This document shows, one piece after another, positions 54,788 to 64,000 of a DNA stretch of 64,000 bases. This DNA is from an uncultured Candidatus Rokubacteria bacterium. GTDB lineage: Bacteria; Methylomirabilota; Methylomirabilia; Rokubacteriales; DASRDR01. A program made the translations under genes and the position numbers. The stretch is taken from positions 32,001-96,000 of the forward strand of contig CAVPSB010000016.1 of NCBI GenBank assembly GCA_963708025.1, in the 5' to 3' direction. The notes under the pieces are model-generated. The model did no database searches, had not been told where the DNA came from, and saw only the letters and a list, made by a program, of their open reading frames with translations. The stretch's first letter is position 1; each line of letters starts with the position of its first letter.

Positions 54788-56214
54788 ATGGTCACCCCAC
54801 GCCCGATCCGGCTGGCCTCGATCGCGCTCGCCCTGTGGCTGACCGCTCCGGCCGCCGCCCTCGGCCAGACCCCGGCCCCCGCCGGCGAGCGGCGGGTCAC
54901 CCTGACCCTCGAAGAGAGCCTGAAGGCCGCGCTCACCCGCGCCCCCGAGGTCCGGCAGAGCGAGGCCGAGGTGGAAGGGATCCGGGGCAAGCAGCTCCAG
55001 GCGAAGGGGCTTGGCTATCCGCAGGTCGAGGTCACGGCGGGGCTGGGCGCCTCACCCCGGGCCCGCGGGGACCAGGTCTCGTCCCCCGACAAGAAGTACG
55101 ATCTCGACATCAGCGGCGTGTTCGTCCGGGCCAGCTTCGAGATCATCCAGCCCATCTTCACCTGGGGCCTGATCGAGAACGCGCGGCTGGCGGCCGACCA
55201 TGGGGTCCGGGCGACGCAGGCCGGCGTGGACGTCAAGGCCACCGAGGTCGCCCTGAAGGTCAAGCAGGCCTACTGGGGGCTGGTGGTCGCCAAGACCATC
55301 CGCGACTTCCTCCTCGATGTCCGGGGCCAGGTCGACGACGCGATCGCCCGGAGCGAGCGCCTCGTCGACAGCGGCTTCACCACCGACGCTCGACGTGTAC
55401 CGGCTGCGGGCCGGCAAGGGCGAGCTCGAGAAGAACCTGAACCTGGTCGAGAAGAACATCGGGCTGGCCCGGACTCGCGCTCGCCACCTGGACGGGGCAG
55501 CCGGCGGGGGTCGTCGTCGAGCCGGCCGATGCCGGCCCCCCCAGCCAGCTGCGCGACCTGCGCGCGCTCATGGCCTACGTCGACGATGCCCGGGCTCGGC
55601 GGCCCGAGTTCACCCAGCTCGAGCAGGGCATCAAGGCGCGCCAGAACCTGGTGGAGGTCGAGCGGAAGAAGCGCTATCCGCTGTTCTTCCTGGGCGTCCT
55701 CGGCGTCGTCGCCTACGCCACCAACCGGGACCGGGTCGACAACCCGTTCATCTACGATCCGCTCAACGACTCGTTCGTCAGCCCGATCGTCGGGTTCAAG
55801 TACAACCTCGACTTCGGCATCGCGGACGGCAAGATCAAGGAGGCCCAGGCCGAGGTCCAGAAGCTGGAGGCCCTGCGCGACTACGCCCGTGACGGGATCC
55901 CGCTCCAGGTGCAGCAGGCGTATGACGGGGTGGTGGAGGCCCAGCGGAACGTCAAGGCCTTCGACGAGGCGCACCAGAATGCCCGGAGGTGGCTGGTGGC
56001 CGCCTCGTCCAACTTCGACCTGGGGGTCGGGGAGCCGCGCGATCTCGCGGACGCGTTCATGGCCTACGCCAAGACCCGGGGCGAGTACCTCCTGGCCCTC
56101 TACGGCCACGTGTACGGCCTGGAGGAGCTGGCGCACGCCGCGGGGCTGGACGTCGAGGAGGTCCACCGGCTGGCGCCCCCGTCGGCCCGGACCGCGGCGG
56201 GAGGACAGCGATGA
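54788..56214 (+). CDS. TolC family outer-membrane protein (frameshifts near 55390 and 55475)
   Basis: Signal peptide; LTLEES..AL..P; QPIFTWG; VKQAYW; second OEP repeat in ORF 55570..56214. Confidence 0.75.
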
Positions 56215-56840
56215 GGCAGGGGCTGGCGATCCTGGCGCTGCTCGGTCTGGTGGCCCTGGGGCCGCCGGTCGAGGCGGGGGCGCCGACCGATCAGCTCAAG
56301 GGGGCGACCGACCGGGTCCTGGGCATCTTGCAGGATCCCCAGCTCAAGGATCCGGCGCGGGTGGACGAGCGCCGGAAGCAGATCCGGGCCGTGGCCAACG
56401 AGATCTTCGACTGGCAGGAGACGGGCAAGCGGGCCCTCGGCCGCAGCACCCAGGCCTGCACCGCCCAGCAGCGGGAGGAGTTCTCCCCCCTCTTCGCCGA
56501 CCTCATCGAGCGCTCGTACGTCGGCAAGCTCGAGCTCTACAGCGGCGAGCGCATCGTCTACGGCGGCGAGTCGATGGAGGGCGACCAGGCCACGGTCCGC
56601 ACCAGGCTCTTCACCAAGTCCAACACCGAGATCCCCATCGACTACCGGATGCTCAAGCAAGGCGACCGCTGGCGGGCGTACGACGTCGTGATCGAGAACG
56701 TGAGCCTGGTGTCGAACTACCGGAGCCAGTTCAACCGCATCGTCCAGCAGTCGAATTGCGGCGAGCTGATCAAGAAGCTCAAGACGAAGCAGGCCGAGCT
56801 GGTCTTCGAGGACGCGGACAAGGCCAAGCCGAAGCCATGA
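56211..56840 (+). CDS. mlaC: MlaC/HpnM (Ttg2D) periplasmic lipid shuttle
   Basis: IDYRM..WRAYDVVIENVSLVSNYRSQF motif. Confidence 0.9.
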   Translation: MRQGLAILALLGLVALGPPVEAGAPTDQLKGATDRVLGILQDPQLKDPARVDERRKQIRAVANEIFDWQETGKRALGRSTQACTAQQREEFSPLFADLIERSYVGKLELYSGERIVYGGESMEGDQATVRTRLFTKSNTEIPIDYRMLKQGDRWRAYDVVIENVSLVSNYRSQFNRIVQQSNCGELIKKLKTKQAELVFEDADKAKPKP

Positions 56841-57596
56841 GGGCCCTCGTCCTCGCCGCCGGCCTCGGCAAGCGGCTGGCGCCGTTGACCGAGGAGCGCC
56901 CCAAGGGGCTCATCGAGCTGGGGGGCCGGAGCCTCCTGGCCCGGCTCCTCGACGGCCTCCAGGGCCGCCGGCGTGGCGGAGACCACGCTGGTCGTCGGCT
57001 ACCGCCAGGAGCAGATCCGCGCCCACCTCGGCGACTCGCACGCCGGGATGCCGGTCCGGTACCTCGAGAACCCGCAGTACACCCGGAGCGCGCTGCTGTC
57101 CTTGTGGACCGGCCGGGCCGAGTTCGAGCGTGACGAGGTGATCCTGGCCGACGGCGACGTGCTGTTCGCGCCGCCGCTCCTCGAGCGCGTCGTCCGCTCC
57201 CCGGAGCCCAACGTCTTCCTGGGCGAGCCCGACTTCGTCGACACCGGCGAGGAGCAGAACCTGTACGTGCGCGGCGACCACGTCATGGCGATCCGCCGCG
57301 GCGTGATGGGACCACCCGATGCGCTCTACGAGGCCCGGGCCGAGTGGGTGGGCTTCGTCAAGGTCGGGCGCGCGGCCGGGGTCGAGCTGGCGGCGACCCT
57401 GGACGCGTTCGTTCGCGAGGGGCGCGCCGACGGGGACTACGAGCGCGCCCTCGACAGCCTGCTGCCCCGCCACCGCTTCTCGGTCTGCCTCACCGGGGGG
57501 CTGCCGTGGATCGAGATCGACTTTCCTCAGGATCTGCAGGCGGCCGAGACGGAAGTGCTGCCGCAGATCCGTCTGCTCTCGGGTGCGGGCGCGTGA
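56837..57596 (+). CDS. phosphocholine/phosphonate cytidylyltransferase family (LicC/PntC-like); frameshift near 56962
   Basis: MRALVLAAGLGKRL..PKGL, VVGY, ENP.Y, DGDV and WIEIDFPQDL motifs. Confidence 0.75.
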
Positions 57597-57689
57597 TGCG
57601 CGGCCGGGGTTGGCAGGGGACCGACGATTCCACGCGGTCGAGGCGGCCGCACCGCTCGGCGGCGAGGGTCGGGACCAGTCCGGCCGGCA

Positions 57690-57705
57690 GGGCACGCGGC
57701 TTGCA
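57690..57705 (+). promoter_or_regulatory. sigma54 promoter for the lytic transglycosylase gene
   Basis: GGGCACGCGGCTTGCA; predicted +1 near 57716, 3 nt before the ATG. Confidence 0.55.
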
Positions 57706-57718
57706 CCCATACGCGGGA

Positions 57719-58375
57719 ATGCGGCTCTGGCTCACCGCTCTGGTAACGTTGTTGCCACTAGCGGCGCCGGCCGCGGCCCAGATCGTCCGGATCGAGGACG
57801 AGACCGGCGCGATCCACTACACGAACAACCCCTGCCACCCGACCTATCGGCGCCTCGCGCCGGACGCCTGCCCGCCGCCACCCGCCACAGGGGCGCCGGC
57901 GGTGGCGGCGACCATCGCGGACCCCGTGCCCGTCCCCGGCTATCGGCAGGAGATCGCGCACACCGCGACCCGCTACGGCGTGGATCACCGCCTGGTCCAG
58001 GCCGTCGTGCAGGTCGAGTCGGGCGGCAATCCCAGGGCGGTGTCGCCGAAAGGCGCTCAGGGGCTGATGCAGCTCATGCCGGCCCGGGCCGCGCTCCTCG
58101 GCGTCGCCGACGCCTTCGATCCCCGGGCGAACCTGGACGGCGGCGTCCGGCACCTGAGGGAGCTGCTGCTCCGCTATGACGGCAACGTCAGGCTGGCGCT
58201 CGCCGCCTACAACGCGGGAGAGGACGCCGTCCGGCTCCACGGCGGCGTGCCTCCGTTTCCGGAGACGCAGGAGTACGTCCGGAAGGTCCTGTCGCTCTAC
58301 GCCCCCCTGGCACCGGCCGGGACCGTGCCTGTGAAGCCACCCACCCGACGCTCCCCGGCCCGATCGCGGCTCTAG
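57719..58375 (+). CDS. lytic transglycosylase (DUF4124-like N-terminus plus SLT domain)
   Basis: Signal peptide; G.IHYTN; VES; SPKGAQGLMQLMP; AAYNAG; ETQEYV. Confidence 0.88.
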   Translation: MRLWLTALVTLLPLAAPAAAQIVRIEDETGAIHYTNNPCHPTYRRLAPDACPPPPATGAPAVAATIADPVPVPGYRQEIAHTATRYGVDHRLVQAVVQVESGGNPRAVSPKGAQGLMQLMPARAALLGVADAFDPRANLDGGVRHLRELLLRYDGNVRLALAAYNAGEDAVRLHGGVPPFPETQEYVRKVLSLYAPLAPAGTVPVKPPTRRSPARSRL

Positions 58376-58475
58376 CCCGAATGATTCGCGGAGCGTGTCA
58401 CGCGCCGCCTCCACACCTTCGTGAATAAGTCAGACTAGGACCGGGCGCGCGAGTCGTCGGGCCCCAGAGGCCCGC

Positions 58476-59654
58476 TCAGGAAAGAATCTCCTCCAGCACT
58501 CGCCCCTGCACGGCCCCGGCGTCGATGCCGAGCAGGTGGCAGAGGGTCGGCATCAGGTCCACGGTCCGGCCGTTCTCGATCGTGGCCCCGGCTCGGACGC
58601 CGGCGCCGGCCACCACCATCGGGATCCGCTGCTCGTGCTTGGAGCCGTGGGAACGGAGCCCGGTCTCATCGCGCCGGGCCGGCCCTTCGTTCCAGGTCCC
58701 GAGCGCGGTGTCCCGCGCGGCCCAGCAAATGAGGTCGCCGACCCGGTCGGACGGCAGGCGGTCGCGGCCCGCCTCCTCGCGGGCCACGACCTCGTCGATC
58801 CCCGCCGCGCCGGCCAGCAGGTCGCGGGCGGGGCCGATCGCCGCTGGATCGCGGAAGTAGAGGTAGAGAGCGCCGCCGAGGTCACGGTGGTGCGCAAAGA
58901 GGCCGTCGCGGATCAGCGGGACGCCGTGGGCCTCGATCCCGGCCTCGGCCAGCACCCGGACCGGCGACAGTGAGCGGGGCTTTGCGTTCATCCCGTGGTC
59001 GGCGGTGAACATGACCACGGTCTCGTCGAGGTCGTAGGCGTCGAGGAGACGACCGAGCTCCTCGTCGCTCTGCTCGAGGTAGGTCTGCATCGCCGGCTCG
59101 TCCGGCCCGAGCTTGTGCTGGGGGTAGTCCGTGGTGGCGACGTAGAGGAAGTCCGGCCGGAGACCCCTGGCCACCTCCCGGGCCATCCGGAGCACCCACA
59201 GGTTGATCTCCAGGGAGAAGATGTCGGGGGGAGCGCCGACCGCCGCCTGGAAGGCGGCGGGATGGCTCTTCATGTCCACGCAGTGATCGAGCCCTCGGCG
59301 GAGGAGCCGGGTCAGCTTCTCCTTGGCGGTCACCAGGGCCGTTGACCAGCCGGCCGCCCGGAGGCGCTCGAACAGGAGCGGCTCCTTCACGAACGAGACC
59401 TGGTCCATGAAGACCTCGCTCCAGGCGTCCCGGTCGAAATAGAAGTTGGTGGAGAGCCCGTGGCGCTCGGGATAGGTGCCGGTCAGGAGCGAGACGTGGT
59501 TGACGTTGGTGAGGCTGGGCAGCACGCCCCGGCCGTCGAGCGTCGAGGCGCCGCCCTTCATCAGGGCCGCCAGTCGCGGCATCCGCTCCGGCTGGACGTA
59601 GGCCGGGTCGAACCCGTTGACGAGGAAGACCAGCGCCTTCTTCGGCCGCGTCAC
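58476..59654 (-). CDS. phnA: phosphonoacetate hydrolase-like alkaline phosphatase superfamily protein
   Basis: PSLTNVNH, TAKEKL, TTDYPQHK, TADHGM and LRSHG motifs; translationally coupled to phnW. Confidence 0.75.
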   Translation of the reverse strand: MTRPKKALVFLVNGFDPAYVQPERMPRLAALMKGGASTLDGRGVLPSLTNVNHVSLLTGTYPERHGLSTNFYFDRDAWSEVFMDQVSFVKEPLLFERLRAAGWSTALVTAKEKLTRLLRRGLDHCVDMKSHPAAFQAAVGAPPDIFSLEINLWVLRMAREVARGLRPDFLYVATTDYPQHKLGPDEPAMQTYLEQSDEELGRLLDAYDLDETVVMFTADHGMNAKPRSLSPVRVLAEAGIEAHGVPLIRDGLFAHHRDLGGALYLYFRDPAAIGPARDLLAGAAGIDEVVAREEAGRDRLPSDRVGDLICWAARDTALGTWNEGPARRDETGLRSHGSKHEQRIPMVVAGAGVRAGATIENGRTVDLMPTLCHLLGIDAGAVQGRVLEEILS

Positions 59655-60781
59655 CGCGCCCTCCCGGCGGCGCCGCTTCGCGCCGCCACCCCCAGCTCCT
59701 CGAGGACGGCGGCGAAGGCCGCCACGACATCCGCCATGTCGCGTGGGGTCAGGGTCCCCATGTTGGCCACCCGGAACGCGTACCGCCGGATGTCGCCCTG
59801 CCCCGCGTAGATGATGTAGCCGCGGCGCTTCATCGCGTCGTGGAGCGCGTCGTAGGCCAGGCCCGGTGGGAGCCGGAACGTCGTGAGGACGTTGGAGCGC
59901 GCGGGCTCCGGCACCAGGATGTCGAAGCCCAGCCCGGCCATGCCGGCCCGGAGGACCCGCGCGTTCTCCGCGTACCGGGCGATCCGGGCCTCCACTCCCT
60001 CTCGCTCGAGCTCGCCGAGCGCCTCCCGCATGGCGTGAAGCACCTGGACGGCGGGGGTGAACGGGGTGTTGTCCGCCTCCTGGGTGACGTAGTGGTGGTA
60101 GAGGTCCAGGTAGACGCTGCGGGGAGGCTGGCCCTTCAGGGCCTCGATCGCGGCGCGGCGGGCCAGGACGAAGGCGATCCCCGGGATGCCCTGCAGGCAC
60201 TTGTTCGCGCTGGCCATGACGAAGTCCACGCCGTCGGCGGCGACGTCGAGCGGCTCGCCGAACAGCGAGCTCATGGCGTCCACGAGCACCCGCCGGCCCA
60301 GCCGGGCGGCCACCCCGGCGACGGCCTCGACCGGGTTGAGGAGTCCGGTCGTCGTCTCGTGATGAACGAGCGCCACGTGACTGACCTCGGGATGCGCCCG
60401 GAGCGCCTTCTCCACGTCGCCCGGCGGCACCGGGGTGACGGCGTCGTAGGCGAGAACCTCGGCGCGGATCCCGTGCGCCTCGGCGATCCGCGCCAGCCGG
60501 TCACCGTATACGCCGTTCTTCACCACCAGCAGGTCACGGTCCCGGGGCACCGTCGAGCAGACGGCGGCCTCGACCGCCGCGGTGCCGGAGCCGGTGAAGA
60601 GCACGGCCGTGAGGCGCTCCGCGTCCCCCACGAGGCGGACCAGCCGCTCCCGGCAGTCGCGCATCACCTCGAAGAACTCGGGCTCGCGGTGGCAGAGATC
60701 CGGGGTGAGGAGAGCGCGGCGGACCTCCGGGCTCGTGTTGGCGGGACCCGGGTTGAGCAGCACCCATTCACGCTCGGTCAT
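59651..60781 (-). CDS. phnW: 2-aminoethylphosphonate aminotransferase (class V PLP)
   Basis: LLNPGP, GSGTAAVEA, HHETTTG, DAMSS, SANKC and IYAGQG motifs. Confidence 0.85.
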   Translation of the reverse strand: MTEREWVLLNPGPANTSPEVRRALLTPDLCHREPEFFEVMRDCRERLVRLVGDAERLTAVLFTGSGTAAVEAAVCSTVPRDRDLLVVKNGVYGDRLARIAEAHGIRAEVLAYDAVTPVPPGDVEKALRAHPEVSHVALVHHETTTGLLNPVEAVAGVAARLGRRVLVDAMSSLFGEPLDVAADGVDFVMASANKCLQGIPGIAFVLARRAAIEALKGQPPRSVYLDLYHHYVTQEADNTPFTPAVQVLHAMREALGELEREGVEARIARYAENARVLRAGMAGLGFDILVPEPARSNVLTTFRLPPGLAYDALHDAMKRRGYIIYAGQGDIRRYAFRVANMGTLTPRDMADVVAAFAAVLEELGVAARSGAAGRAR

Positions 60782-60992
60782 CGCCCCACCCCTTCCGGGT
60801 CTCCGGCGTTTCGCGCGCTCTCGAGCCACGATAGAATGGCGAAGGCGCGGCCGTCGAGCTCTGTCGCTTCATGGAATCCTACACCAGAAAGTCCACGTTC
60901 ACGCCCCTCGGCTGCGCCCCGCTCCCGAGGCCGGCGCGTCACTCCGAGTGTCCGGCCCCGAGGGTGACGGCGTCCGACCGGCGGGGGGACCG

Positions 60993-62001
60993 GTGAGGTG
61001 GCTACGCGCGCTGGCCGCCGTCGCCGGCGTGGCGGTCATCGCGTGGCTCGTCCGGGAGATCGGACCGCGGGCCCTCTGGACCCAGCTCGCGGCGCTCTCC
61101 TGGCGGGGGCCGGTCCTCGTCCTGCCGTACGGCCTGGTGGCGGTCCTGGACGCCGCCGGCTGGCGCTACGCCTTCCCCGGACGGCTGCCGCCGCTGCCGC
61201 TCTGCGTGGCCGTGCGCCTGGCCGGGGAGGCGGTGAACGTGACGACGCCGACGGCGACGCTCGGGGGAGAGCCGGTGAAGGCGTGGCTCATGACGCGGAG
61301 GGGGGTGCCGATCGTGGACGGCCTGGTCTCGGTGGTCATCGCCAAGACCACCCTGGTCGTCTCCCATCTCGGCTTCCTCGCCCTCGGGCTGATGCTGGCC
61401 GCTGCCCGGTTGCGGCCGGCCTCCGGGCTGCTGACCTCCATGGCGCTGCTGACCGGCGTGGGAATGCTGGCGATCGGGACGTTCGTCTGGGCTCAGCAGC
61501 GCGGGCTCTTCGGCGCCAGCGGGCGCGCCCTCGGCTGGATGGGGCTCGGCGCTCCCGTGGTCGGACACCTGACCCGCCTGGACGACCACGTGCGGGCCTT
61601 CTACCAGGGCCAGCGCGCTCGGCTGGGTCTCTCGCTGCTCTTTCACTTCCTCGGCTGGATCGCCGGCAGCGTCGAGGTCTGGCTGGCGCTCCGGTTCCTC
61701 GGCTCTCCGGTTCGACTTCGGCACCGCCATCGTCATCGAGGCGTTCGCCAGCGCGATCCGGTCGGCCACGTTCCTGATCCCCGCCTCGCTCGGCGTCCAG
61801 GAGGGGGGTCTCGTGGGGATCTTCTTCGCGCTCGGACTGGACGCCAGCGCCGGGCTGAGCTTCGGTCTGATCCGCCGCGTGCGGGAGGTCACGTGGGCCC
61901 TGGTCGGCTACGGCTTCCTCGTGGCGTGGCGTGACGCGCGGGACCCGACCGCGCCCCTCGGCGGGCCTCCGGTCGCGGGCGGGCGGGGCGCCGTGGGCTA
62001 A
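60993..62001 (+). CDS. HpnL/UPF0104-like flippase-domain membrane protein (frameshift near 61711)
   Basis: AGEAVN.TTP..LGGEPVKA, then IP.SLGVQEGG..RRVRE in a shifted frame. Confidence 0.7.
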
Positions 62002-62052
62002 GATGGAAGCCGGCCCCGGGGTGGTCGATCACGGCGGGCCGGGAGGCACACA

Positions 62053-62277
62053 GTGGCCAAGCTTGCGCTGCTCATTTCGCTGATCGCGCTGGTGATCGCG
62101 ATCCTGGCCTACAAGGAAGCCGGGGGGACGCGCGCGCTGGACGAGCACGTCCGCGCGCTGCAGGGGGCCCTCGACGCTGCCCGGCGGGAGAGCGCCGACG
62201 CCCTCGCCCGGCTGGAGCGAGCCCTCCGGTCGTCGGACACCCAGGAGAGCGCGCCCGCCAAGCCGGCCCCCAAGTGA
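62053..62277 (+). CDS. small membrane-anchored hypothetical protein
   Basis: SD GGGAGG; N-terminal TM; coiled-coil-like tail. Confidence 0.6.
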   Translation: MAKLALLISLIALVIAILAYKEAGGTRALDEHVRALQGALDAARRESADALARLERALRSSDTQESAPAKPAPK

Positions 62278-62386
62278 CTCTTCGGGGGGTCTCGGAAGAC
62301 CCCCCGATGCCCCCGCGGAGGCCGCGGCGAAGCGAAGGCAGCGGAGAGGGCCCCTGTTTGATCCGGTCCGATCAGGGGCCCCCCCC
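62275..62386 (+). repeat. partial family C element plus hairpin between convergent genes
   Basis: TCTTCGGGGGGTCTCGGAAGACCCCCCGATGCCCCC..GGAGGCCGCGGCGAAGC matches the reverse complement of 34085-34155. Confidence 0.7.
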
Positions 62387-62393
62387 GGAGGAC

Positions 62394-62615
62394 TTACAGC
62401 CCGAAGCCGAGGGGAGCGCGGGAGGCCGGAGACTCCACCCCCCGCCGCCGAAACTCGGCCCGGAGCACCCCGCCATCGGGCCCTCGCATCGCCTCTCGCA
62501 GCGCGACTTCGGGGGTGAGCGGGCCGGGGGCCGTCTCCTCCAGCCGGTGCGAGATCTCGAGCAGACCCACGAACAATCCCATGATTCCGCCGAGCGCCGC
62601 CAGCTCAATCAGCAT
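62394..62615 (-). CDS. small hypothetical membrane protein
   Basis: SD GAGGAGG; hydrophobic N-terminus. Confidence 0.5.
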   Translation of the reverse strand: MLIELAALGGIMGLFVGLLEISHRLEETAPGPLTPEVALREAMRGPDGGVLRAEFRRRGVESPASRAPLGFGL

Positions 62616-62625
62616 GGCATCCTCC

Positions 62626-63006
62626 TCACGCGACCTTCATGCGCGGGGCGATCACCGCCAGGTGCCCGACGATCCGCGCCGGCTCCTCCTGGGGGGTGAG
62701 CACCACCTCGTACCCGCTCGCGCACGTCCGATCCAGCACGCGCTGCGTGATGGCGAGGACGCGCGTGACCAGCGCGGGACGAGAGAACGGCACGGCGATC
62801 CGCACCTGCCAGGGGCGTCCCACCGGCCGGGCGACGATCGGCGCGACCACGGAGCCCAGCTCGGCGCCGATGGCATCGGTAAGCGCGATCTGGCGCGCGA
62901 TGGCCGCGTCGATCCGGCGCTCCCGCCAGGCAGTGAGCTGCAGCAGGACCACGACCGCGATCAGGGGCGACAGCGTGAGTCCCAAGACGGCCAGCGATGT
63001 GATCAT
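62626..63006 (-). CDS. hypothetical protein
   Basis: SD AAGGAGG; N-terminal TM; QIALTDAI..ELG.VVAP segment. Confidence 0.6.
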   Translation of the reverse strand: MITSLAVLGLTLSPLIAVVVLLQLTAWRERRIDAAIARQIALTDAIGAELGSVVAPIVARPVGRPWQVRIAVPFSRPALVTRVLAITQRVLDRTCASGYEVVLTPQEEPARIVGHLAVIAPRMKVA

Positions 63007-63216
63007 GTTGTCCTCCTTCGCCCCCTATGACCCCGCAAGAACGCCCCCGTGAAACGCTCAGCGGAGAAAAACCGGTGGGAGGAGATGTCGGGCGGAGCCA
63101 ACGCGGGGCGGAGGCCCGCCGAGGCGGGCCAGCGACCGAGGACGAAGCTAGGCGCAGCTAGGCTTCGCCTAGTCGTCAACGTGAGGCGGGCATCCCGAGT
63201 CGAGGGGGGCGAGGAA

Positions 63217-63419
63217 GGCGCGGAGCCGAGGAGCGAGCCGCGCTAGGACGCAGGGAGTCGCCCACCGCAGGCGTATGCCGCATACGCCGAGGATGGGCGA
63301 CGAACCGAGGACGACCATAGGTCGGGACGGACGCGAGGCCGTAGGCCGAGCGCGTCCCGGCCGAGATGGACGTCGCGAAGCTCATCGGCCCCGCGCCCGA
63401 AGCTCATCGGCCCCGCGCC
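63217..63419 (+). repeat. structured intergenic repeat family A, copy 7, with a duplicated 22-bp right end
   Basis: Near-identical to copy 4; CGAAGCTCATCGGCCCCGCGCC occurs at 63376-63397 and 63398-63419. Confidence 0.9.
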
Positions 63420-64000
63420 AGGGGGTGGAGGTCGGGGCGGCACGAGGTGCACGGCGCCAGCCCGACGGCTTCCGCCCGCGCCCGGGAGCCGAACAGCCGA
63501 CCCCCCAGCGGGAACGGATCGACGGAGGCGCAGCTCGGCAGGCAGTACTCGCGGTCACCCGGCGCCAGCACGTACATGGCGTCCCGCACGACGTGGAGAT
63601 CGTCGTGCCCTCGCACGATCGGGATCCCCTCCGCCTCCAGCAGCTTCCGCTTGGTCGCCTCGCCACCCGCGTAGCCGGTGAGCGCCCCCGAGCTGCCGAT
63701 CACCCGGTGGCAGGGGATCACGATCGGCAGCGGGTTCCAGCGCAGAGCCTGCGCCGCCGCCCGCACCGCGCGCGGTCGCCCGACCTCGCGGGCCAAGCCG
63801 GCGTACGACGCGACCGCCCCGTACGGGATCGCGGCCGTCGCCTGCAGCACGTCCCGATGGAAGTCGCTCTGCACCAGCCGGAGGTCGAGCGGCCAGGAGA
63901 GGCGCGCCCGACGGCCGTCCAGGTACTCCAGCAGCTCGCCGTGCAGCACCTCGACGTCGTCCCCCTCCACCAGCTCCGCTCCGAGGCGCCGCAGCCTGGA
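63404..64000 (-). CDS. ogt: methylated-DNA-protein-cysteine methyltransferase with a C-terminal Ada-type Zn domain (5' partial)
   Basis: IPYG..SY, NPLPIVIPCHRV and GYAGG motifs; YCLPSC..PCTSCRP. Confidence 0.85.
   Translation of the reverse strand, partial: SRLRRLGAELVEGDDVEVLHGELLEYLDGRRARLSWPLDLRLVQSDFHRDVLQATAAIPYGAVASYAGLAREVGRPRAVRAAAQALRWNPLPIVIPCHRVIGSSGALTGYAGGEATKRKLLEAEGIPIVRGHDDLHVVRDAMYVLAPGDREYCLPSCASVDPFPLGGRLFGSRARAEAVGLAPCTSCRPDLHPLARGR

Overview
High-GC bacterial chromosomal segment. Gene content and idiosyncratic small proteins suggest a Rokubacteria/Methylomirabilota-like diderm, but this is inference and unconfirmed. It is mostly core and envelope metabolism: a DUF6582-class III cyclase fusion, a partial 2-aminoethylphosphonate ABC transporter, a GS-like/nitrilase/SDR block, two ArnT/GT-C glycosyltransferases, the yceD-rpmF-plsX-fabD-fabG-acpP-fabF-rnc cluster, a truncated IS481/IS1202-like transposase, htpX plus a complete ccm (System I) operon, ligA, pyk and ispH. 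A large hopanoid region (hpnD, hpnA, hpnG, hpnH, shc) is coupled to an MlaEFD-TolC-MlaC transporter and lies next to a cytidylyltransferase, phnW and phnA. Several genes carry single-base frameshifts, probably long-read errors. The most notable non-coding signals are (1) a candidate ~186-nt sigma54-driven small RNA at 28570-28755 (minus strand) with two identical AGCCCUCCC anti-SD loops and a U8 terminator, and (2) two families of structured intergenic repeats that sit directly on stop codons, one with clear base-pair covariation. Also notable are a dsRBD-less RNase III missing two of its four catalytic acids and a CxxxC CcmG. No tRNA, rRNA or CRISPR array was seen.
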